Positions 12,001 through 24,000 of a DNA stretch of 64,000 bases are shown here, in pieces. The stretch is from Eutreptiella sp. 'Long Island Sound 2002' (taxonomy: Eukaryota; Protista; Euglenida), in assembly GCA_964036045.1 (NCBI GenBank), contig OZ038379.1, forward strand, positions 30,070,001 to 30,134,000. The letters run 5' to 3'. The notes under the pieces were generated by a model. It made no database searches, was not told where the DNA came from, and saw nothing but the letters and a program-made list of their open reading frames with translations. Within the stretch, counting starts at the first letter, position 1. Every line of letters starts with the position of its first letter. The translations under genes and the position numbers were made by a program.

Positions 12001-15000
12001 GGCAAGCATGGAAGAGACTTAGTCCCAGCCAGCTCGTCCCTCCTGCACAGCGCACACCCTGTGGGACGTGGGCACAGAGCGGGGGACAGGTGTTTGATCT
12101 GCATTGCGGCCCATCCACACCGCCGCTCTGCCCTTGTACATAATGCAGGCGTTTTTTATAGAAGGCTACACCCCTGCGGCGCCTGCGGCATCTGCGGTGC
12201 GCCCTACGGCGCGCGTTAGGAATAACCCTGACAGCAAACAAGACAGGCAATTCATTGTTATTGGATTCACTACTTTTTCACACTCCACCCCTTTGCACTG
12301 TGCAATACGTCCCTTGGGGACTCTTTTTTCTTTTTTTTTGAGCCCCCCCCCCCCCCCGCCGCTAACTCGTGTGTGTTGGGGCTTGTGGTTGGGGTGATGG
12401 GGAATGCCGGGCTATGTAGCCGTTCTGCCCACGGTCTATGGGTACCAAGTTTGCTTCCTCTACATTTTGGTGCATTTGAAGGGGTTAGTGGTTAGTAAAA
12501 TAGTTTAGCCCATGTGGTCATGCTCAAGAAGGCAGGGGTTATGTTGCTACTTGAGAAGGTATGGGTTCCCCTTTGCCTCCCTGTCAGCAAACGTCCATGC
12601 TTTGAGCGCCAAATTTGCAAGACGAGGCGCTGCACAAATGTCGTTGGTTGCTCGGTGAAGATCCTGCATCCGGAGCTCTTCCCCGGCTCAAGTGCAGTCC
12701 TTGTGCTGGTCACTCAGTGGGTTTTGTACAAGCAGGTACTCCAAATGGTCATGGAGTGGTGTTTTTTCCTTCTTGTTGCAAGTTTCACTGTTTCTACAGT
12801 TAAAGAGGATTATTCCTGCCCTGCGCACAGGTGTAGCCCTCATAGTCCTCCATGCTCTTGGGCTAGGAAGGGGCCTTATGGGCAATAGAAGACGCCTGCC
12901 TTTGTGCAGAGTGCAGTGGACAGTAAAAGCTGGATGTCCTTGTTTGTGTTTCACCCTTTTCAGCGATTCGGATGTCATTTTTTGTGACTTCTCCACCCTA
13001 TTCAGCGATTGGGTGCACAGTGCAGCTTTCAGCCTCAACAGCTCAAAAATTGACATTTCCAACAGCTGTGGGATGGGTTTGGATGATGTTGTGGCAACAG
13101 TACAGGTGCTCGAGCACCCATGGGGAGCCACACAGTGGCTACTAGGCCCATCATCTAGCCAAGGCCATGGGCCCTTCAAAGGTACACCCCCCCCCCTCTT
13201 CAAGGTGCCTTGCTGAAGGCAAGGGAATCCTTTTCGATGCCCCCATTTGTGTGTTTGAGGGCAATCTCGAACATGACATGAAAATGTAGGATTTACCTCC
13301 TTCCCCTCCAGACCCCTGCTAGACCTGCCAGACCTTATTCTCTGGTCTTTTCTTCCTTCACCATAAATGATAATTTCATGTCACTGCTCCCACTCATGTA
13401 CAATTGAAATGGTCAGAATTTCATGGGGATCTCAGATACGCCTGTTGTGAAGCGTCAGATCATACAAGAATCCACTCTTGTCTTTGCCCCCGGATCCGCA
13501 AAGAAAAGGGTGCAACACGGTGTCATGCGCAAGAAAATGTCATGCACAGGAAACTTGAAATGTGCCAAGGCACATGACTAAAAGCGCAGGCTTTGGCTTT
13601 GGAAAGGGTATGACCTGACACAGACAGCTGCATGCGTTTTGTGTAGGTTTGTCTGAGCAAGGGTATTGGTGCCCCCGTTGGATCCATGGTGGCCGGAGAT
13701 GAGGAATTCTTGCATCGCGTGCATCGTGCACGGAAGCTGCTTGGGGGTGCTATGAGACAGGTTTTTGTGTGCTTGGTGTCACCCACCCCAGAGCTTGTGT
13801 CTCCCTCAAATTGCGTGTATTACATCGGGAATGTGTGCCAATGGGTCCACTGATGAGTTGGCGGAAGTTCTTCAGGTCCGTGTAGCATTACGAGGGACAT
13901 GTGTATGTGCATGTGTATGGGCATACCCAGATTCCAATGCTGAGGGTTGTGCTTGATATTTCGGATAATCTAGGTGGGTTGGTCCCTGACAGCTGTGAGC
14001 CATTTTGCAGGGTGTGGGTCAGCGCCGAAGGTGCCAGAAGCAGGGTTTTTTTTTTGATACCCCCCTTTCCCGTGGCTCTGGTCCAGTGGTACACTCAGCC
14101 TGCAGCGTCATCGCGCGCCAGGAAACACGCAACAAAGTGCGAAGTTGAATTCCCAAGTTGTTCAACCGTCAACTCGTTGTTGCCAGTACCAATCAGCAAC
14201 GCTACTCCACTTTTGATGGTTCGCCCCGCCCCTCCCCGGGCCCCTGAGAGGGCCTGGCCCGGCACTATCACCACGGCACGCATTGTGCCACGCAGCACTT
14301 GGCAGTGATGTGGCGGACAGCACCCTGCATGCACCATGCTACACCATGGCTTACACCGCTGTGGCAGCATGGAGGTATGCATTACTCAAGCACACGGCCA
14401 TATGGTGGCACAGCGACATTGTGACAGGCCCTCCAGTACACATGCCAATGCTCATTCTGGTGGAGCGATGGTGGAGTGGTAGTGGGCCTATACGGGGGGC
14501 ATGGGTTAGTCCAGTCAGTCCCCAAACCCTGGCTTGGCCAATGCCTTTGTTGCCTGTTGCGTGTACGCGGGTGATGTGTTTGTTGTTCAGGGTTGGACTG
14601 CATTGCACCTGCGTGCTGTACTGTTTGTAGGCCGGGGTGTTGGCAGCGGCGGCCCTCAAAGCGTTGGATGAGACGTTGCCCAATTTGCACAGGTCTGTTG
14701 CCGTTGTCCAGGAGACAATTGCTGTTTGAACAGAGAGCCGCTGCCCCTCTGTTAGCCCTCAGCCGCGGGGCGTCGTGCCTTTTGGTCCACCACCTCATTG
14801 TCATTCAGGGATCATGCAAATGCCAAGCTGCTGGCCGAGGGATTACACCAAATACCAGGTCCAGCATGGCGGGGCATGGGGCAACTCTGCGCTTTCCTAT
14901 GCGAATCAGAGGGCTGAGTTTGAGGTGTGAGAGAGATAGATACCTCCATGGCCATCACCACTACAGGGGGATATATAGCCAATGTTGAGTGGTCCCCGAT

Positions 15001-18000
15001 GATGGTAGGGGGGGGTGGCCATGGCAAGGGTTACACAGAAGTTTCATTTCTCCTTCAGAAAGGGTTATGCCGCACAGAAATGGCCTGCGATCCCCAGTGT
15101 CTAAGGGACCTGAGAAAGAGGACAATTTACTGTTCTCCCGCGCTGCGCCGTGAACGCCCCATTTGATTTTGGCGGTGAGCCCCGCTCCATGTGATCAACT
15201 GCATTTCATGACGGCATCTGCATCCCGTTGGGCCCCAGCGTAGCAGGATGCCATACAGCCAACTGCCTGGCTGCACAGGGGCGAAGGACCGCACGCACTG
15301 CGAACATGCTTCATGCGTTACCTGCGGCGTTCAGATGGGATGTGCAACTCTGGAGGCTGCTTGACCGGTCTTCTTGCAACACAGTGAGGGTTACTGGCCC
15401 CCCAGCAATGCAGAAACGTTGCCTATTGCCCCCTCAACCAGCCGAAGGCACTCACTGTTGCCGACGTTGCAACGAACGCATTTCTTGCGCGCCTTGCTCG
15501 CGTGGTTTACACGAATATAAATGCCGCTTTATGTCATGTGGGGTCTTGTTCACAGGAGTCATACTGGATCTGCAGCAAGTGCAAACCAACATTGTGCATT
15601 TTTCGCTGGGCCCCGATGCGGCCATTTCGGAGGATTTTCTGATCACAAAGCTCAGGGAATATGGTATGTGCCCCTGTGCAGTGATGGCCCCACTCTGCAT
15701 GGTTGTGGGGCGGGCGGTAGGTGGGCGTCTGAATGGGGCAGCCACTGTCCTGCTGCCAGGTATCTCCATCCCCAGTCCCTGCTCCCCATCCACGGCAACC
15801 CTCTGAAGCGCTCCGCACGCCTCAACAGCTACTCGCAACTCTCACTGACTGCGCCGAGCCAGAGTGCTACAGCCCTTGGGACAGGCCTGCACTCCTTTTG
15901 TTTTGCGCTGGTGCCCGCCGCTGGACGGCACGCATACGGCACCAAAGTCGACACGGCGGAGAGAACCCAAGACAAAGGAACGCAAGTGGGACGTTGAACC
16001 TCCCAATGAACTCTGTCCTTTGCTTGAGATAGGGGAGTGTGCGGCCCATAGGAATGCCAATGCCCAGGGGTTAGGGAATGCACAGGGGTCGGGGTATGTG
16101 GAAGATACAGGGATGGGGGCGCATGGACACCTGCCGGGGGGCAGTGCAAAGGAAGTAGGCCTCATCCAGTGAAACTGTCGGTTGCTCATTGATGCCCTTC
16201 TTGTGGTGCAGGCATTGCCATTGATTACACGTACTCTGGTTCGTTTGGGGATATGCGTGCCGTTGTGCACAAGGATGTGACGCAATCGGACATTGAGGAG
16301 ACAGTGGATCGGGTTGCGCAAGTGATGGGGCACCCCAGCCACATCCGCCAAGTGCAGGTAGTGCTTGATGCAACCGTCACCGTATTCTGAGGGTGCTGTG
16401 AGAAGCATCTTGGGGTGTTTTCGCCTTGGAGATGACGCCAAAGCCAAGTTTCACTGGCCCAGTTTGGGAGCCATCAGCCCCCCCCCCCCCCCCCGCGCAA
16501 AAATGGCTTTGCCTAAGTATGGTGACCCATTCACACCGCCATTTATCTGACCAGGTCAATAATGTAATGTGACGTGGTTCTGTGGTGTTCTCCAACCGTC
16601 TCCAGTGGATTTACCCCATGCCCATGCCTGGCATACAGAATTAGTCTGGGCATTGGTGATCTACTGCTAAGGTGGACCATGCATCACCGGAAATGCTTCG
16701 TCCCGTGGAGACATTACCTCTATCAAGGGATGCGACTGGCCAGAAACCCCTTGCAACTGCATGACATGGTCACAATGCTCGGCGTGACGGTCATCCCGTC
16801 GCTTGCCAGTTGCAGAGGGAAAGGGAGGAATGCATCGTTTTAGAATAAAAATTCCGGATGCACCAGCATGGCCTGATGCAGAATTTCTGTCTTCCCCCAC
16901 AGGAAGAAGGACTAACAATGTGGCACAAACATGTTCACTGGTGGCCTCGATGTACGTCACAGCCATGCCAGGAATAGCAACAGTAGCTATTGCGGAAAAT
17001 CACATTTCAGGCCCTGGTTGCTCTCTTCTTTGTTGTACCCTCGGTTGCGCGCAAGAATGGCATTGTCCAAGTACAAGACCCCGCCATGCTTCCTGAGTTC
17101 GCCTGTGGCTATGCGTCAGCGACCCTGTCATTTTTAATGCTTTTCAGTATCCGCTTTTCAACGCTTGGCAGCCCTGACAAACAACAGCCCTGTAAGTGTA
17201 ACTCTGGTCAATGCTGCTGCTCACAGCCCATAGCACCAGACGGCATGTAGATTGTACACAAACCTTGATGCAGTCCAATTGTTTCGGACTGTGTGGTTCA
17301 TCCGCTTTGCCCAGGGGCAATGTCCATGCTCGTCAATGCATTCCAACGTCCAGAATGCATGCTTTGCACTGCATGCACCCAGGGGTATTAATATTGACAA
17401 ACTGCCCACAACACGTCCTCATTGATTACCATTCTTGTGCTCCGCGCATCCAATGTACGTGGTGGTGATCACCTGAACTGTGTGCCTTGTAGACCCTGGA
17501 TGTACTCCCTCGTCATTGAGTAGAGCACCATGGGTTTAGGTTCTTTGCACAGAGGTCTGGGCATCAAATTTGGAGGCTGAGCTACAAAGTGTGTGGCTTG
17601 CACACATTCTTGTGTCAGCCAATGCCAAAAATTGCTGCACGAGGATGGGTTCCGAGTGGAATGCATTTGATACCTTGGGTGCACAACACACATGCTCAGT
17701 ACTGCAATCCATGTGACGGACAGGTGAGCAGTTCTTCATCACCAGCACAGTGCAATTACAGGTACATAAAACAAAAAAGCAAACTTGGGTGTACATGCCA
17801 ACTCCCCCCCCTCCTTTTGTACTCTCACCAACTGTCGTCCTCTCCGTTGACACATGCATGAGCCAGGGGGTGCATCTGCACGCATGGCTGGTCGATGGGC
17901 AGAGGTGCCAAGATCGCTAGCTTGTCGGTCAAGCTGTCAAGTTGTCCCCTTTGGCCCTGGCTGGCCTGTGATCCTGGACATTGGCCCACCAAAATCCAAA

Positions 18001-21000
18001 TAGGTTGTTTTATAACCTCCCCCCCCCCCTGTAAGTGCCGCAGAGGCCTAGGAATGCGACGGCCTTCCCAGGTCCGTTTTATAAGTAAATGATAGTCCAC
18101 AGGCAGTAGGGGAAGTGCATATGGGCAGAAGTCGTTCAGGTTTGCCACCGCTGCTGAAACAAGTGTCCGCCTGCCCTTTTTGGATTGAATTGGTGGATTT
18201 CCCCTGCACCCCATTGGGGGCACACATTGGTTGAAAATGCAGCATGATCATTCCCGAAGCTGTTGCAGTTTGTATGATGATTGCGCTGGCGATGGACTGT
18301 TCTGCCTGCCCGGTGTTGAGGGCAGGGTTCCATTTTCCCTTGGCCATGACTGGCCCACTGCTTCTCCTGTAGCCCTTGCGCAGTGCATCATTACTGCCAG
18401 GGTCTGGTGCCTCGACACCCGCCTCTCAATCAACTAATTGTGCACTATGTCAGCACAGCACTGTGCGCCACAACAAGCGAGGACAGGGGCGCGCGCGCGC
18501 AGACACACATCGACAACGCCGCCAGACCCACATGATGCATGGCACACCGCAGGACTTGGCAGCGGTGCAGCAGGGACCGGGTCACGTGATGGCGCAAGGC
18601 ACATGTGCATTGTACAGGGCACTGATGCTTGCGACACAGTATCTGCAATGGAGTGGGACCGGAAGCGGTTGCATATCACATGGGCTGATGGACAGCAGAG
18701 CTCATATCTTCATGTCTGGCTGAGGTAAGTGCACTGCAATTCCATGATCAGACGTTTGCTTAAACCCCCCCCGCTTTTAATATTCACATCGGTTTAATAT
18801 TCAACCCCCATTTAATATCCACACCCCCATTTAATATTCACGGCAGTATTACTATTCACATGGGCGGAGAACACCGGCCAAAGACACAAAGCACGTGCAC
18901 AACACTGAGCGGCGGGATAGACCCCCTTTTCATTTCGAAGCGTATTCGTATACCAAAAACAAATTACATCACTGGTCAGCAAGAGGTGCAACCTGTGCAG
19001 CCCCTTCCTTTTTGAAGAAATTAGTGATTGGTTGACATGGAGGCTTGCTTTTTTTCTGTTGCACAGATTTCAGGCCAGATGCTTTGGCCTTAGCGATGCG
19101 CTCGTCCAACTTCTGAGCATCCTGGTGAACGTCGTTTGCACCCAAATTGGGCTGAATAAATTTATATTCAGGCGCACAACACCTTCATCCTCGGGACAGT
19201 CTTCATCCTCCCCATCAGAGTCATCACAAGCATCAATATCACTATCTGATTTTTGGAAATCAGATAGAAGCTCCACTTCTGACTCTGCTGTGCTGATAGA
19301 CCACCCATCATCATCCATGCTGTGTGCAAAAACTGCATGCAAAATAGTGTAACAGTGTTGGTATGCCCTGAGAACTGCCCAACTTGTGAATATTAAACCA
19401 ACCCCCATTTAATGTTCACACCCCCATTTAATATTCACGGCAGTTTAATATTCACACGTGAATATTAAACGGGGGGGGTTTAGGGTGGGACCAACTAGAG
19501 GAGAGGGGCTGGCTGAGTAGGTGGGTGCGGAGCCTGTGGATGGAGGCAGGGGGGTCAGAGGGACGACTGCATCGGCACTTTTCATTGCTCCCCAGGGGAA
19601 AGGGTTTCTGACGGAAATGGGTGGGTGGTTCAGCCCCCCAAACGACCCCACACCCCAGTGGCAGTGCCCCAGCACCAGGGCATCGCACAATCACCAGTCA
19701 GCTCGCTGCAATCAGTTTGAGGACCTTGCAGTTTGAGCAGAGTTCGTACTCATGATGCAGCCCAGCATGGCCGTGTGCGGTGTGTGCTGTGGCTCGGCCG
19801 TCTGAAAGGCGCACACATGGTGGACACCAGCAGAAGCCCAGGGCCAATGCAGTGCGAAGGCCGGGGGCGTGCCCGTATCCTCCACGTGGGGGTGGAGATT
19901 CGGCTCGGATTCAAATTGACCCAGACCGAATTCGGTGCAAGTTCGTTTGAATTCGTGTTATGCGAGGACAAAGTGGAGAGCTTCAAGGAATTCGACCGAA
20001 TCTGGGGCAAATTTATTCGAATTCGAATTCGGGCCGAACCCGAACCTGCACCCTACTCCTCTACACGCCGCCTTGTGCCCAGTGCATGGGGGGCGCTTAC
20101 CTGTGAGGCCTGACACCAACCCTTCCCCCCCCCCCCCTCTGGACCCCCCAACCCATACTAGTCAGCACCTGGTTAGAACTGGCAATTTGGGTGCTAGCGG
20201 CGCCCGGAAATTTTTTTGAGACTGGAAAATTTGCAAAACACTTGATTTCCCCCCATTTGTTTACATTCAAAATGCTCACAATGAGTTAGGGAATGCCGTG
20301 CCACATGTCTTCTTCTGCTGGCCAGGAAGCCTTTGCTGATTCAGAGGTACATCTGTTGGAATATGGTACTGTTTTTCATTTGCTGTGAGTGGTAAAACCA
20401 AATTTCACCCCACTTGTGTTTATTCAAAATGCTCAGAATGAAATGGGGAATTCAAAAATGCCCCCAAAATGGAGAAATTTTTTCGACTGCCCCCCCCCCC
20501 CCTCCCGGACCCCCCTGCCCACGCCGCGGGGGTTGGTGTCTAGAACTGAACTGCAGAACCCCCCATGGCCCAGTGCTCGGAACACTCGTGGTAATGTTGT
20601 GGTGCCTTGTGGTGTGCGTGGCAGGGCGGGAGGGACCAGGTATTACTGCCCTCAAGGACCCCCCCCCCCCCTGGGCCCTATGTCACATTTTGGCGAGCGA
20701 AGTTCACGGCATAGGGTTTGACCGAAAGTGAGGCCTGCTGACGCCAGCTGGGGAGTGGACGTCACAAGGGGCGGACTTCCGAACATGTGAGGGCTGTGAC
20801 CCCCTTTCGCTCTGACACCATCGGTGCCAGACCCTGGCACACACCCCGTGTAGTGGCGCACCAGAGGGGGTACACGCACATGACAAGCGCTGTGGCATCA
20901 CGGATGGTACGCGTGTGCCGGGGTGGTACGGCGGGCTCCGGCCCGAGTCCAGGGGGTCTGTGGTTGTGCTACGTACCGTACCGGGGGGTACACGCCTGGT

Positions 21001-24000
21001 CCATACTGGGGGGGGGGTGCATGGCAGGTGCTCAGGTCGGTGTGGCCCACCCGCTCTGTGGCGAAGCGGAGTAATTTCATGCATTCCCATCCCACCCCTG
21101 CCTCACTTCGCGGCCAATGGTCCACGTCAGTGGCTTCTTCATCGCCATGAGTGCTGTGTTTTCGGGAGCGGGATGAGGTCATGTGGTTCATGGTTCATCT
21201 ATCATAGCCTACGCCTGACGAGGATGAGGTGCCCAGATTGAACCCCAGTTGGGGCGTCAGTGTTAGGGTTAGAGTGTCCCTGGTGACTTCGGAAGGGACT
21301 GATACTGGCAAGCTCATGCCTGGAGATCACCTGGGTCTCCCTCTTCGTAGAAGCAGTTTTTGTTGCCAAGGACGGTCACGGGTGCAGGAAGGGGACGGGG
21401 ATGGAGTCGAGTGTCGGGTACCAAAGGGGACAACGACTGGTTTTTCTGACTGCGAGGGGGCGCACGCCATCTTCGCCTTCTGTGTCTGCAACGACGGGTT
21501 TGGGAGCGCAGCATGCTGCGACACCACAGACCACGTGCGAGCACTACCGTTGTCTGCATTGCTGCCAGGGATCACTGTCCTCAGTGCACGCAAGCTCAGA
21601 CCCTTCAGCGCGACATTGATTCGTTGGATATTCCCCCCAATACCAAGCCTGTCAGGTGTGGCTTCGCACAGGGATGGCAGGTGTAGAGGTCCTGCATTTA
21701 CAGCCCACATCCGAAGTTGAACCCTGACAAGCAGCAGCAAGCAGCGAGCAGCAAGGAGAGCCATGCGAGGTTGCAGGGTTGATGTACTGCTGTCGAAGTG
21801 TTGTGGACAGCATTGCAGGGTTGTTGTACTGTGGTTGCAAAGGGGTGTCAACGCGGCAAAGGACAGCTGGCGGTGGTCATTTCAGTGCTACAGACGCCAG
21901 CGTGGAGTCCTTGCGCTCAACACCCTGTGCTACACCACATGCGGTGCTTTCAGGTAAGGTATGGTGACTCTGAAACAGGCAGCCCACCTGGCCCCTGGGT
22001 CAGCAACATGCCAACAGAGTATGCAGAACATAATGCAGCACTGCCTTTGGAATGCGGCATAGTATAGTAGTGGTCACTCGAGCCAAGGGCAGAGGCACCA
22101 AAGAAACAGTTGGAGCAAAGAAAAACCAGCCCTAGTGGTCACTCGAGCCAAGGGCAGAGGCACCAAAGAAACAGTTGGAGCAAAGAAAAAACAGCCCTGA
22201 GACGTTTAAGCCCAGCAGATGCTTGGAGAGATTTGCTTGAATGCCTGGGAGCTGTGACGAGCTGTTCTTTGTTTGTGTGCTTCTGTGCAATTGTGCTCCA
22301 TGGGGCTTTGCCTTGCGGCGTCGTCATCCTCCCGCATCCAGGATTCCCACGCTGTCATGCCTGCCCAACAGTGGTCTTGTCCAATCTGCTGCTGTACACT
22401 GTTCGCCCTCTGCCCTCTGCCCTATGCCCTATGCCCTTCGCCCCTGCCGCATGCCCTGTGCTCCGTGGATGCTTGCTGCTATCTGTGCTCTCACTGCGTG
22501 CACCGCAGCTGGTTGTGGCTTGTTCCCAATCTGTTGCCGATCAACTGAATGAAACCAAGACCAAATGTATCTGTTGATTTGGCCACTGCGTTCAACAGTC
22601 CGCCAGCTCAGAAAAGGTCCACACCTGATTCTTCTACTTCATCTTTTGAGCAACAGATCACAGGCACAGCACTCACAGCGTGGTTGAGGGACGCGATTGG
22701 CAATGACACAGTGCACTGAGCACGCATGGGACGTACCCTGACACCTGAGCAGATCCAGGACTTTAGCCATGGTTGATACGTTTTCTTACTGCTGCTGATA
22801 CATCAAAAACACAGATATGCTTCAAAACCTGCAGTCAAGCATGTCTTTCAAGCGTGAGGGGTGTTGACCTGGGGGATTGCTGTGCTTGCTGCTTGCTTCT
22901 GCTTGCTACCATTTGCTGCTGCTTACTGCTTGTTTCGCCTTGTTACTGCTTGGTACCCTCTTTCTTCTGCTTGCAGCATAAAAGTGGAGACGCGGAGGGA
23001 AGGGGAGGGAAGGGGGGGCAAGCTCTTTGCAAAAGTCTGGGCATCAGAGAAGGCTGTTGCGGTCCATGACTGGGCCACCACAAATGCCTTTTCATTGGCC
23101 ACACATGGCAGCAGCAACTGGTGGGTCCGCCCAAGACAGCAAACTCCTCCGTCCATTCTAGTAGCCGGGCATGCGACCCCTTGTGGGGAGGTGCGAGGAC
23201 CAATCCACACAGCAAATCGCTCCTTGCTCGCTGACATGTCGCTGCCCGGACTCTGGTGCATCGCCAAGTGTGTAGAGTGAACCACTGGTGTGGGAATTGT
23301 AAAACTTGGGGGGCAAGGCGGCGGGCCAAAAGGGGTCCAGGAAGCACCATCTGGCTAAGTGTCGGACACCTGTGAGCTGTCGGGTACGCGCAGGGGGACC
23401 GCAGACAAGCACCCTTACAATATCATTGAAATGCAGCAAAACATGGCGAACACACATCATGGCAGCTTTTCTCTGATAGTGCACATGTCCCTTGTGTATT
23501 TTCTTTTCATTAGCTCTTTTCGCCAGGCAATAGGCGCTGATCCTCCCATTTGTTCCAATAGTGGCTTTTGGCAGTTCCAATTTTCGTGGGGCATACAATT
23601 TTCTTCAATTGTTGTGTGTGTGCGGGAAATAGGTCACGTGGTACTATGGAAGGTATCAGGAGGCCCGGGAGGTCTGGTCACGGCACCCTACTTCTTTGTA
23701 CGCTTGTACACACATTTCTTGACTTGTTTACCTCAGGCTTTCCCCTCCCCCTGCCCCCCAAAGCAGACCTTTGACCAACAAGTAGGTCATGTGACAAGAC
23801 ATGGTACTGAACAGCGGTTCATTGCACAATAATCAACAACAACCTGTATCGAACAACCCCGGAGTTCTTCGTCGGATACTTTGGGACGTGGATCTTAGTA
23901 CAGCCTGGTTGCAGGACCCAGCTGTACCAGTAAGGAGAAGGCACCGTGTGCTTTGGGGAGGACGTCTGTCTCCTGCTATTTTATCTACCATCAACTGTTT

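Noticed and set aside
16391-18617. Separate start or targeting-peptide exon for an independent dioxygenase gene
   Set aside because: No plausible ATG-bearing leader exon was seen, and the sequence looks like decayed repeat. A trans-spliced start cannot be excluded without RNA data.
19886-20054. GAATTC-rich mini-MITE with TAGGG-like end
   Set aside because: The inverted ends are imperfect and no convincing TSD was found.
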